Of a stretch of DNA of 64,000 bases, positions 50,531-60,911 are shown one piece after another; the first letter of the stretch is position 1, and each line of letters starts with the position of its first letter. The DNA is taken from assembly GCA_965262715.1 (NCBI GenBank), contig OZ253553.1, positions 2,656,001 to 2,720,000 of the forward strand, written 5' to 3'. This DNA is from Bdellovibrionales bacterium. Lineage in GTDB: Bacteria > Bdellovibrionota > Bdellovibrionia > Bdellovibrionales > JAUICD01. A program made the position numbers and the translations under genes. The notes beneath the pieces were generated by a model. It was not told the DNA's origin, did no database searches, and worked only from the letters and a program-made list of their open reading frames with translations.

Positions 50531-53500
50531 ATGAAACACATCGATAGGAGCAAAATGAATACAATAAAATATTTATTGATTTTTATTTTCTTTTTTACAG
50601 GGACTATTGTCGAAAGTCAGAACCGTACTGTAAAAGATCTCATAAATAAGGTTTCTAAGCAAAAGGTTAGAAAAAAAAGAACGATTCTACCTGAGACGTT
50701 ATCATCAAGGCCTAAAAGAATTCAAAAGTCTCAATTAAGAGCTGTTGCTCCAACGAGAAGAAGCAGTGTTTTATTTAAAGCCAAAAATCAAGATGAAGCA
50801 GAATTAGGAAGGTTATTAGACGAAGAAATAAAACAACTTTTTACACTTATGAAACGTTATCAAAGAAGCAAAAATCGTGGTGAGGTTTGGTTGCGGTTAG
50901 CTGAACGGTATATGGAAAAGTCTAAACTTGTAGAGTTTACCCTGCAAGAGAAATTTGATGAAAGACTAAAGGCGTGGCAAAGCACTAAAAATAAAGGAAG
51001 ATCTCCTAAATTAAGCTTAAAGTCTGCTCATGATTTCAAAAGAAAAGCTATTTCACTGTACAAGCTTTTTTTAGAAAACTTTCCAAAAGATAATAAAATA
51101 GATCAGGCTTTGTTCTTTTTGGGATATAATCATTATGATTTAGACGATTTAGAAAAAGGTGTTAAATATTATAACCAGTTATTAAAAGAATATCCAAGAA
51201 GTCCTTATGTAGAAGAAGTGTATTTCTCTTTGGGTGAATATCACTTTGAAAAAGGCGAATGGTCTAAGGCTAAAGAACATCTTCTTAAAATACTTCGCAG
51301 AAAGAAAAAAGGTAAGTTTTATAATGTTTCTACATATAAGCTGGCGTGGTGTGAATTTAATTTAGGTAATGGTGGCAAAGCTATAAAGTACTTAGAACGA
51401 GTTTTAAAAAGAACTCAAATGTTAATAGCAAAAGGTCAGCAGAGAAGCAAGACGAGAGCAGAGTTTAGTCCTATTTATTTATCTGCTGAAACAGCCAGAG
51501 ACTTAGTTGTTTTTTACTCTAAAGTAAAAAATTATAAGATAGCTAGAGCATATTTTCAAAGTCTTCTTAAACCAGATGATGCCAATAAACATCTTGAACA
51601 GTTAGCTTACATCTATGCTGATAATAAAAATCAAAAAGCTACTCGCTATTTATTTAAGAGCTTAATTACAGATGATCCTTATTCTAAAAAAGCTTTTGAG
51701 TATCAGAAAGAAATTGTAGAAGTCTATTATGGCTTTAAGTCTTCTGTTTTTAAATCAGAGCTCTTTGATTGGGTAGTTCGATACTCCAAAAAGAGTAAAT
51801 GGGGTATGAGAAATGCTCAAGATGCAGAAGTTCTACAAGAAGCTGAAGATGTTCGAGAAGTTGCTTTAAGAGATTATATTTTAAACATTCATAAAACAGC
51901 TCAAAAGTCTGAGTCTGTCAGATCTAAAAAAGATGCTATTTCAGGATATAAGGTTTACCTTAAATATTTTCCAAAGCACAAAGAAGCTATAGAGATGAGA
52001 TTTTACTATGCAGAGCTACTTTATGATATGAAAATGTTTGAAGAGGCAAGTAAAAATTATCTTAAAGTTGCAGATATTAAGCCAAAGAATAAATATACAG
52101 ATGATGCTGTGATGAATGCTATATTAGCTTTAGATCAGAAGTTGCAAAAATCTGATGGTCGTTTAAGCAAAGATATTAAAAAGATTCCTTATAAGACAGC
52201 TGAAAGACAGTTTTTGTTAATAACCAAAAAGTATTTGCCTGTAATAAAGAAGTCTCATCCTGATCGTGTAGCGAGTATTGAATTTAAAAGATCCTATATT
52301 ATGTATGCACATAATCATTTTGAGTCAGCGTTAAAGGCTTTCTGGACTATTATAAAGTCCTATCCTCGAACTGAATTTGTTGAGTCATCAGCTCATCTTA
52401 TTTTAGATATTCATAACTTACAAAAAGACTACAAGGGTTTAATCGCTTCGGGCACAAAACTTGCTATATCTGAAAAGTTAAGTCCAAATCTGAGAGCTGA
52501 AATTAAAGACATTGTTGAAAGGTCTCAATTTCAAATTGCTCAAGGTTTAGAAAAGAAGAGAGAATATCAAAAAAGCGCAGAAGCTTATTCTGGCTTTGCT
52601 AACAAAAATCGTAATTCTAAATTATTCTCTGTTGCTGTTTTTAATGCTGCTATTAACTTTGAGAAGGCAGGTGATGTTTTAAAAGCTATTCAATATCATA
52701 GACATGTTTTAAATCAAAAAGATGGTCTTTCCAAAAAGAATCATCATCAAAAGTCTAGGCGTATTTTAGCTACTCTCTATGAAAAAACAGGACAATTGGA
52801 AAGAGCGGCAGTTCATTTTGAGGAATATGCAAAAAGCTATCCCAATGATCAATATACTGCTGAGTCCTATTACAATGCAGCTATCATTTTTAAAGGGCTT
52901 AGAAGAAATAGTAGGGCTATTCAAACTTCAATTCTTATTATAGTGTAGCTCAAAAATCTAAAAAAATTAACAGAGCAAAATATTTAGCTATTTTAATATC
53001 TATTGCAGAAATTCATGAGAAGGCTGGAAACAGAAACCGTGCTTATGCTTATTATGAAAGATATATAAAAGAAAACTCTCCAGATGCAAGTACACTTATA
53101 CTTGCGCATGTGCGTTTAGCTCGTCTTTCTAAGGCATTGAAATGGAGAAAACGAACGGATGATTGGTATAAAAAAGTTGTTGCTGTTCAAAAGGTTTATC
53201 CTGATGTAGGAAAATCAGAAGCAGCAGAAGCTAAATTTCATCTTCTACAAGAAACATACAAAAAATTTAAATCTATGAAAATACCTGCCAATGAATCTCA
53301 GCAAGCTAAGGTTATTAATCAAAAGTTAGTACTTTTAAAAGACCTAAATGGTAAATTAGCAGCAGTTATTATTTATGATGATCCTGATTATATTATTCGT
53401 TCTGTGACATTAATAGGTGAAGCTAATGAGCATTTTACTAATGCTGTAATGACAGCTCCTCTACCAAAAGGTTTAACTAAGCAGCAACAGAAAGAGTATA

Positions 53501-54396
53501 AAGAAGCAGTAGATAAAAAACTAGCAGCTCTTCCAAGGCGTACAGCTATAGAAAATTATAAACTAGCTATTCAAAGATCTTCTGATTTAAAGACCTATAA
53601 TGATGCAGTGAAAAAAGCGTTTGAAAGACTAAGTGTCATGCAACCAAACACTTACTTTAGGATGAAAGAAACTCCTATCAAAGTGGTTAAATTGGATTTG
53701 TACAAACTGAAACAGGCAACAGAAGATAATAAAGGATATGCTCCTTTTATTACTGCTATTCAGAGTGAGGACGAATCTGATGTGATCAGGGAGGCTTCAA
53801 AAATCCTCGCTAAGAATGAAAAAAACGGAGTAGTGCTTAATGGACTGGCAGTTTTTTATCTACAAACTAAAAGACCAGATCTTGCTAAAATCTATTTAGG
53901 GAGGGTTTTAAAAACAAAATTGCCAAAGGTTGTCTTACAAAATAACAGAGCTGTAGCACTCCTTATGGAAGGTGGTAGTATTAAACCAGCTGTTGATGAT
54001 CTGTTTAATACATTGAGAGAAAATGAAACACTAGGACCTGCTGCTGCCAACTTAGGTTATATTTTATTGGATCATCAAGATATAGTAAACAGTGTTCGTT
54101 TCTTGGAAACAGCAGCTGAGAAGTTTCCAGAAGATCCTGCCATCTTAAATAATTATGCTATTGCTTTAAAATATACAGAAGAATTTGATAAGGCGAAAAC
54201 CTTTTATGAGAAAGCTATTTCTAAAGATAGTTCTAATATGGATATTCAGCTTAATTATGCCAGGTTGTTAGTTGATCAGTTTAAAGAAAATGAAAGGGAG
54301 AGAGCTGCAGAAATTCTGAATAAATTAAAGTTTATTGGAAGTGATAACAAGATGATTGATGAGGCTGACCTCTTATTGAATCAGATACGTCAATGA
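50531..54396 (+). CDS. Large TPR gliding protein (GltD/AgmU-like with GltE-like tail), interrupted by a 1-nt frameshift near 52923
   Basis: Continuous TPRs; adding one A in CAAAC gives IQNFNSYYSVAQKS..., an open frame into ORF 53110-54396. Confidence 0.75.
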
Positions 54397-54477
54397 GAGA
54401 ATGTTATAATAGATTAGGGATTTCTTATGATAGATGAAAGAGACAAAGTTAATTTAAAGTATAAGGAGGAAATAAAT

Positions 54478-54756
54478 ATGAAGCCTTGGTTTATGTTTAT
54501 TTTATTAGTATTTTTTACTACTTTATTGTGGAATGCAGATCTTTCTGCTCAGCAAAAGAGTAAATCAAAAAAAAACAAAACGCAAGTTATCGACTTTGAA
54601 GATCAGTTGGTAGAAGGAGACGTGAGTCGATCAGAACTCTTACTTTTATTACAGAAGAAAGAGTATAACCTTGGACGTTTGATTGAACTTAGAGAGGATT
54701 TTTTACCTGAGTTGCGTCGTGCACAACAAGATATAACAAGCGGGAGTAAACAGTAG
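54478..54756 (+). CDS. Small secreted gliding protein, GltF/CglF-like
   Basis: Signal peptide; IDFEDQLVEG and LIELREDFLPEL motifs; SD AAGGAGG before ATG 54478. Confidence 0.7.
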   Translation: MKPWFMFILLVFFTTLLWNADLSAQQKSKSKKNKTQVIDFEDQLVEGDVSRSELLLLLQKKEYNLGRLIELREDFLPELRRAQQDITSGSKQ

Positions 54757-54816
54757 TATGGTGGCTTTCAATAAATAAGCTTAATTTAAGAAGTAATAAA
54801 TATCAGCAAGGAATGA

Positions 54817-57708
54817 ATGATGAATATGAGATCTCTTTTCATTAAAATTTATAAGAATGGACAGCTTATAGAGGTCAAGCAGTTTCATGCAGAGCGTATT
54901 GTTCTAGGTAGTGGAGATGTAAATGTAGATATTCGTTTGGAAGGTCTTTTGCCTTCTTCTCATGCTGTTATTCAAAAAGAAAGTGATGGCCTTTATCATG
55001 TTGTTATTTTAGCAGGTGTAGAGCCTGGTATTTTTGTGTCTGGCCAACAAGTTTGGCGGTACCCTCTTGTATCTTATGGAGTTTTCCAATTAGGTTATTA
55101 TCATATAGAGTTTTGGGAGATGCTTTCTCAGAGAGTATCAGTACCTCCTCATCCTCCAGTTGTAGCACATCCTATATCAAACCCCTTTGATGAAGATCAA
55201 AAAACACAAGTTACTACTACACAAACTGTCTCTTCACCAATAGATCCACTTATACAAACTCAACAGGATTCACCATTTCATCCCTCGTATTCGGAGATAC
55301 CTACACAAAGTGGTCCTGTTCCACCACCTCAAAGCCCACAGTTTCCTTCGCATCCAGAGATACCTACACAAAGTGGTCCTGTTCCACCGCCTCAAAGCCC
55401 ACAGTTTCCTTCGCATCCAGAGATACCTACACAAAGTGGTCCTGTTCCACCGCCTCAAAGCCCACAGTTTCCTTCGCATCCAGAGATACCTACACAAAGT
55501 GGTCCTGTTCCACCACCTCAAAGCCCACAGTTTCCTTCGCATCCAGAGATACCTACACAAAGTGGTCCTGTTCCACCGCCTCAAAGCCCACAGTTTCCTT
55601 CGCATCCAGAGATACCTACACAAAGTGGTCCTGTTCCACCGCCTCAAAGCCCACAGTTTCCTTCGCATCCAGAGATACCTACACAAAGTGGTCCTGTTCC
55701 ACCGCCTCAAAGCCCACAGTTTCCTTCGTATCCAGAGATACCTACACAAAGTGGTCCTGTTCCACCGCCTCAAAGCCCACAGTTTCCTTCGTATCCAGAG
55801 ATACCTACACAAAGTGGTCCTGTTCCACCGCCTCAAAGCCCACAGTTTCCTTCGCATCCAGAGATACCTACACAAAGTGGTCCTGTTCCACCACCTCAGG
55901 TAGCAGAAGGTGAACCTTATCCGGAGGCAACCACAGAAGTGCAACAAAATCTATTACATTCAATACAATCAGATATGTTGAGGTCATCAGCTTTTACTTT
56001 GCCAACTGAAGTTCCAGTATCTGTGCTTACAAAGCCTGCTCAACAAGAAGTAAAACAAACATTTGTGCCAAAAGAAAATATTGTTCATTCTTCACCATCA
56101 CAAGTTGGAGTATTACAAATAGAGGAAGAACCTTCTGGTCGACAGGAAGGTGAGAGTTATCGTAGAAAAAGAACATTCGCAGACAATAGTCATGTCAAAG
56201 ATATTAATGAGAGAGTTCAACCAGAAAATGGCAGTGTTGTTAAAGTGATTGTAGCTTGGAATGATAAAATTCTTAATACACTTTATTTTGATTATAACTC
56301 TACTGTAAAAGTTGGTAGTCATTCTAAAAATGATATAGTATTACCTGTATTTTCTGATTCTAAAGATTCGCACTCACTTATCAAAATTAAAAATTTAGCA
56401 TCTTTATTTGTTACTTATGAGATGAAAGGTGTTTTAGTTAAAGGTTCTGAAACGATCACTTTTGATGATATGATCAATAATGGAGCAGCATCAAGGCAGG
56501 ATACAGGTTTTACAATTGATCTACAGAGAGGAGAATTAGCTCGAGTTGATTTTGATAGTGGAATTTCAATTTTTGTAAAATATACTGTACCTTCACCTAA
56601 ACCTCTGATTGGACCTTTCTTTGACTTCACCTCTGGAGAGTTAAATACTATTATTATGGCCATTGGTGGTTCTATTATTATGGCTATCTTCTTTTTAATA
56701 GCCCATGAGCCTGAAGTGGTGAAGTTAGAGGATGAGGTTGAAAGAAAGGCTATTTTCGTTTATAAGCCACCACCTCCACCGCCTCGTATTGATCCTATAC
56801 CTGTAAAACCTAAGCCTATAAAAGTGAAGCCTAGGAAAGTTAAAAAAATGGCTAAGAAGCCAAAAAAGCCAGCACAAAGGGTAAAAACAGTAACTAGGCA
56901 GAAGCAAGTAAATAACAAAAAAACAAGAGTTGCTCAACGGAGACCTAAAAAAGAAGGTAAAAGAGGAGGAGGAAGAAAGGCCAACAAATCAAAAAACCGT
57001 CAAGCAGTTGCATCGGCTAATGCAAATAAAACTAAAAACCGCAGTAGAGGTGGTGGTGTTGCAGCTGGAAGAAAGAATAAAAAAGATGTGAGTAAATCAG
57101 GATTACTAGGAGCTTTTGCAAAAGGAGGTCAACAAGATTCTTTAAGAGAAGCTTTTGATGGAGCAGGTGTCGTAGAAAACCTAGCTCAACGAGCAAAAGG
57201 TCGTGGTGGCGGTAGAGGCGGCGGTATTGGAGGAGAGCTTGCAGCTATAGGTAAAGGTGGAAGAGGAGAAAGCACTTACGGTGTTGGCGGTATTAAAACA
57301 AAAGGTCGCGGAGGTGGTGGCGGTGTTAAAGGTGCTGGACAAGGATCTTTAGGCGGCAAACTAAATGTGCGAGTTGATGTTTCTGGAGGTGCTGGAGAAT
57401 CTTTTGAAGGTGTTATTGATAAGGAAGCTGTTCGAAGAGTTGTGAAAAGAAATGTTAAACAGTTGAGGACTTGTTATGAAAGACTTGCTCAAAAGGATCC
57501 GAATGCTTCTGGACGAGTAGATTTAAATTGGACAATTGGGAAGCATGGTCGTGTAGGAAGTGTTAAAGTGGTTAAATCGCAAATTAAAGATCGAAGTACA
57601 TTGGATTGTATGAAGTTACGTTTAGCAGCGTGGAGATTTCCAGACCCTCCAGAAGGAGTCATTGGAGATATAAACTACCCATTTGTATTTGTAATATCTA
57701 GGCAATAA
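54817..57708 (+). CDS. gltG: GltG/PglI-like protein (FHA-like N-terminus, TM, AgmX/PglI TonB-like C-terminus)
   Basis: TM near residue 620; Pro/Lys and Gly-rich linker; IDKEAVRRVV...LRTCYE...WRFPDP...YPFVF. Confidence 0.75.
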   Translation: MMNMRSLFIKIYKNGQLIEVKQFHAERIVLGSGDVNVDIRLEGLLPSSHAVIQKESDGLYHVVILAGVEPGIFVSGQQVWRYPLVSYGVFQLGYYHIEFWEMLSQRVSVPPHPPVVAHPISNPFDEDQKTQVTTTQTVSSPIDPLIQTQQDSPFHPSYSEIPTQSGPVPPPQSPQFPSHPEIPTQSGPVPPPQSPQFPSHPEIPTQSGPVPPPQSPQFPSHPEIPTQSGPVPPPQSPQFPSHPEIPTQSGPVPPPQSPQFPSHPEIPTQSGPVPPPQSPQFPSHPEIPTQSGPVPPPQSPQFPSYPEIPTQSGPVPPPQSPQFPSYPEIPTQSGPVPPPQSPQFPSHPEIPTQSGPVPPPQVAEGEPYPEATTEVQQNLLHSIQSDMLRSSAFTLPTEVPVSVLTKPAQQEVKQTFVPKENIVHSSPSQVGVLQIEEEPSGRQEGESYRRKRTFADNSHVKDINERVQPENGSVVKVIVAWNDKILNTLYFDYNSTVKVGSHSKNDIVLPVFSDSKDSHSLIKIKNLASLFVTYEMKGVLVKGSETITFDDMINNGAASRQDTGFTIDLQRGELARVDFDSGISIFVKYTVPSPKPLIGPFFDFTSGELNTIIMAIGGSIIMAIFFLIAHEPEVVKLEDEVERKAIFVYKPPPPPPRIDPIPVKPKPIKVKPRKVKKMAKKPKKPAQRVKTVTRQKQVNNKKTRVAQRRPKKEGKRGGGRKANKSKNRQAVASANANKTKNRSRGGGVAAGRKNKKDVSKSGLLGAFAKGGQQDSLREAFDGAGVVENLAQRAKGRGGGRGGGIGGELAAIGKGGRGESTYGVGGIKTKGRGGGGGVKGAGQGSLGGKLNVRVDVSGGAGESFEGVIDKEAVRRVVKRNVKQLRTCYERLAQKDPNASGRVDLNWTIGKHGRVGSVKVVKSQIKDRSTLDCMKLRLAAWRFPDPPEGVIGDINYPFVFVISRQ
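55294..55899 (+). repeat. 63-bp intragenic tandem repeat, 9 full copies plus 1 partial
   Basis: Encodes EIPTQSGPVPPPQSPQFPS(H/Y)P. Confidence 0.98.
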
Positions 57709-57752
57709 GGAATAAATAATTTTTAAGATTAAAAACTTAAAAGGAGTTCATA

Positions 57753-58430
57753 ATGGAAGAACAGGTTTTTGAAGAAGTCGTAGCACAAAATCATTGGATT
57801 GTTCAAGCATTTATTGACGGAGGGATTCCCACCATGTCAGCAATTGCTTGTATTGGTATTTTAACCACCATACTCATTATAGAAAGATTTCTTTCTTTGA
57901 GGAAGTTTGGAGTTAATAAAGAAGATTTTAATGAAAAAATATTTGGAATGATTTTAAGAGGTGATGTGAAGCAAGCTGTGAACTTTTGTGATTCCAGAAT
58001 TACTCCTTTAACAGAAACCTTAAAAGCAGGCTTAGTTCAAGTTCTCAATTCTCGAGCAGATGAAGAAGTGCAAGTAGCTATGGATGCCGCTGTTTTAAGA
58101 GAAACTCCTAAAATTGAAGGATGGACAGGCTTTTTAGCAGTTTTTGGTAATGTGGCGACTCTTGCAGGTCTTTTAGGTACAATCATTGGATTGATTAAAG
58201 GTTTTGGAGCTTTATCAGAAGTTGATCCAGCAGAGAAAGCCAATATTCTTTCACAAGCTATTTCTCACGCATTGAACTGTACAGCTTTTGGACTAGTTGT
58301 GGCTATTCCAGCTTTGATTAGTTTTGGATATTTTCAGGTTAGAGTCGGTCGTATCATAAATGATATGGTAGAAAGCTCTATGAGTTTAATGAACTTAGTT
58401 GTATCTAATAGAGATAAATTAAAGGTTTAA
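57753..58430 (+). CDS. aglR: MotA/TolQ/ExbB proton-channel subunit (AglR-like)
   Basis: ATLAGLLGTIIGLI and ALNCTAFGLVVAIP motifs. Confidence 0.75.
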   Translation: MEEQVFEEVVAQNHWIVQAFIDGGIPTMSAIACIGILTTILIIERFLSLRKFGVNKEDFNEKIFGMILRGDVKQAVNFCDSRITPLTETLKAGLVQVLNSRADEEVQVAMDAAVLRETPKIEGWTGFLAVFGNVATLAGLLGTIIGLIKGFGALSEVDPAEKANILSQAISHALNCTAFGLVVAIPALISFGYFQVRVGRIINDMVESSMSLMNLVVSNRDKLKV

Positions 58431-58432
58431 TT

Positions 58433-58918
58433 ATGGCATCGATTGAAGGTAATTCATCTGAAAGAGAGATCAATTATGAATTGAATATTGTTCCTTTTAT
58501 TGATTTGATGAGTGTTTGTATTATTTTCTTACTATTGACAGCTGTTTGGACTCAAGTATCAATGATCCAAATTGGAAGCTCTGTGTATGGAAAAAGAATG
58601 GATGATCAAGAGAATACTCCTCCCAGACCAGTGGTAAATTTGGAAGTGCTGGTAGATAAAAGAGGATATACTATTATTGTAGGACAAGAAACTCCTGTGT
58701 CTGTACCTCAGATAATAGGAATTGATGGTGAAGAAGCATATGATCAGAGAAATTTAATTCTTGTTTTAAAGAGTATTAAGGATAGATATCCTGATAAAAA
58801 AGATGCTTTGATTGCGCTAGAGGATGATCTTGTTTATGAAAATTTAATTCAAGGAATGGATAGCCTTTTACTCGCAGGATTTCCTGAAGTGGCTATTAAA
58901 ACAGGGAGTGTTCGATAA
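58433..58918 (+). CDS. ExbD/TolR subunit (AglQ-like)
   Basis: ELNIVPFIDLMSVCIIFLL motif. Confidence 0.8.
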   Translation: MASIEGNSSEREINYELNIVPFIDLMSVCIIFLLLTAVWTQVSMIQIGSSVYGKRMDDQENTPPRPVVNLEVLVDKRGYTIIVGQETPVSVPQIIGIDGEEAYDQRNLILVLKSIKDRYPDKKDALIALEDDLVYENLIQGMDSLLLAGFPEVAIKTGSVR

Positions 58919-59514
58919 TGGCTATATATGCACCGGGTAAGAGAAGTAGAAATAATCGCATGGATAAAACAACTCGTAAGATTGTGGCACAGCTTTCTTT
59001 AACGGCAATGGTGGATATGTTCACTGTTTTAGTGGTGTTTTTATTAATGAATTACAGGACCACAGAGACTGTTCTTTATATACCCAAAGAGGTTGAATTG
59101 CCAACAGCTTCTGAAACTAAGGAACTTAAGCCGGCTCATGTTGTGACAGTTTCTCCAAAAGAAATATTAATAGATAAGGAGAGGGTAGCTTCATTTAGAG
59201 AGGTTAGGGACCAAAGGGATTGGATGGTCATTAATTTGAGAAACAGGTTAGTTGAAATGTTTCGTCGAGATGAGTTAGAATATAACTCAAGAATAGCTGT
59301 ACAATTAAAAGAGGCTACTTTAGTGGATCCTAGGGATGCTGAAAGAGAAAAGGCAGCTTTACGTAAAATCACTATTCAAGCAGATAAGGATATTGATTTT
59401 TTAACTATCAAGAAAATCATGTACACAGTCACAGAGGCAGGTGCTCAAGAGATTAACTTTGCAGTGATTATAGTACCTAAGCCAGAAGATGCTGCTGCTC
59501 CTCCTTCCAGTTGA
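58918..59514 (+). CDS. aglS: ExbD/TolR subunit (AglS-like)
   Basis: LSLTAMVDMFTVLVVFLL and IQADKDIDF motifs. Confidence 0.72.
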   Translation: MAIYAPGKRSRNNRMDKTTRKIVAQLSLTAMVDMFTVLVVFLLMNYRTTETVLYIPKEVELPTASETKELKPAHVVTVSPKEILIDKERVASFREVRDQRDWMVINLRNRLVEMFRRDELEYNSRIAVQLKEATLVDPRDAEREKAALRKITIQADKDIDFLTIKKIMYTVTEAGAQEINFAVIIVPKPEDAAAPPSS

Positions 59515-59769
59515 TCTTCATTCATAATGAAGTCTCTGAATTCATATCTATAAATTTATTTTGATATTTATGATTAAAAGTTTGTAGTCATCGGACAATT
59601 ACTCTGTGGAAAAACTCGCTTTTTTTGACATAAAGATCAAAACATCATTGAAAATATCCTAAAGAAAGTTATATATTGAAAATAGACTAGGCTTAACTAC
59701 TTTAAAGTCAAAACTTCAATGTTTAGTATACAATTTGATGTATCAAAGAAGATAAAATCATGTTAAGGT

Positions 59770-60348
59770 TTGAATATGAGCTATAAATGGATACTTTTAA
59801 GTTTTATTTGTGGATCATTGACTTGGACTTTTGCATCTAGAGCTGCCATAGATTCTCGTAATACTTCACTTTCTAATCAGATGAGTGTTGAGTGCAGAGA
59901 TTTAAAGAGATCATTTTTAAGAGTGAGTGTTCATGGTTCTAATTTACGTCATTTTCGTGTGACAAAGACACCATCTGGTCAACCTTATCAACATTTAAGT
60001 TTGAGATGTCGTCGTGGAAATTGTGTAATTGTTAAAGAGTCTAAGTTTGTAAACCGCTATTTACCGGATCACCCTAGTGCAGATGAGGATGGTTTTGTCA
60101 CTTATCCAGACATAAATCCTAAAAGAGAGCAAGCGGCTCTTAGAGCTGCCGTCACTGAACTTTCTGTTTTAGCTAGACAGAAGATTTGTGGTTCATCTTT
60201 ACATGAAGCTTCTGATGGCTTGCTTGTTAGATACAGCTTAAGTCGCAAAGTAGAAAGCGATGTATTTAACTTCAACCAACAAGACCGAATCATCTCTTGG
60301 GTTCGTAATTTTAAAGATGGTAGAAGCACTATTCTAAACTTCAATTAG
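59770..60348 (+). CDS. Secreted FlgC-like protein
   Basis: Signal peptide; SNL...TKTPSGQPY and YLPDHPSADEDGFVTYPDIN resemble flagellar rod FlgC. Confidence 0.6.
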   Translation: MNMSYKWILLSFICGSLTWTFASRAAIDSRNTSLSNQMSVECRDLKRSFLRVSVHGSNLRHFRVTKTPSGQPYQHLSLRCRRGNCVIVKESKFVNRYLPDHPSADEDGFVTYPDINPKREQAALRAAVTELSVLARQKICGSSLHEASDGLLVRYSLSRKVESDVFNFNQQDRIISWVRNFKDGRSTILNFN

Positions 60349-60406
60349 ATTAAGAAATTTCCATAACATGATGTTAAATAATGAGAACATCCTTGTTTTG
60401 TTTTAT

Positions 60407-60486
60407 TCCGGCAATCCGGCAATCCGGCAATCCGGCAATCCGGCAATCCGGCAATCCGGCAATCCGGCAATCCGGCAATCCGGCAA
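60407..60486 (+). repeat. Perfect 8-bp tandem repeat (TCCGGCAA)x10
   Basis: Read directly from the sequence; follows a 5' stub of the structured repeat at 60356-60392. Confidence 0.98.
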
Positions 60487-60585
60487 TCAGTATCTGGTAA
60501 CAGTTTGCTGGACTGCTAGATCCCTTATAGATAAAGGTACTTTAATAAGAGAGATTGTCTATTAAGTTTATGAAATACAGCCATT

Positions 60586-60864
60586 CTATTTTGAGGATAT
60601 GTTTCGAGAAGAATTTCTTTTTCTGTGTCTTTCAAAAACAACACCATTGAGTGATCTTAAATTAAGAGTTTGTTCTTCTCTCCCAGGTTTGAAGGTGCCT
60701 TTAACTAAACTTCTTGGAATCTTAAGTGTAAGTCCTTGATCTTTATGATAGAACTTTACTGTTTTTTCATTGAAACTCTGAACAACTCCAAATATTTGTA
60801 CATTGCCAATTTCTGCATGAGCAGTAAAGCCTATCAAAAAAATAAATAAAACTATACGAAACAT
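60586..60864 (-). CDS. Small secreted hypothetical protein
   Basis: SD AGGAG; signal peptide ending AHA. Confidence 0.65.
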   Translation of the reverse strand: MFRIVLFIFLIGFTAHAEIGNVQIFGVVQSFNEKTVKFYHKDQGLTLKIPRSLVKGTFKPGREEQTLNLRSLNGVVFERHRKRNSSRNISSK

Positions 60865-60911
60865 AATCTCTCCTGTTTATAAGGGTTAAGGATGAATTAA
60901 ATATTTTGTGT

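Noticed and set aside
55270..55947. Alternative-frame ORFs of 225 aa (minus) and 197 aa (plus), and a possible CRISPR call
   Set aside because: Shadows of the 63-bp coding tandem repeat; there are no unique spacers
60368..60565. 65-aa ORF with SGNPAIRQ repeats
   Set aside because: Product of the 8-bp microsatellite
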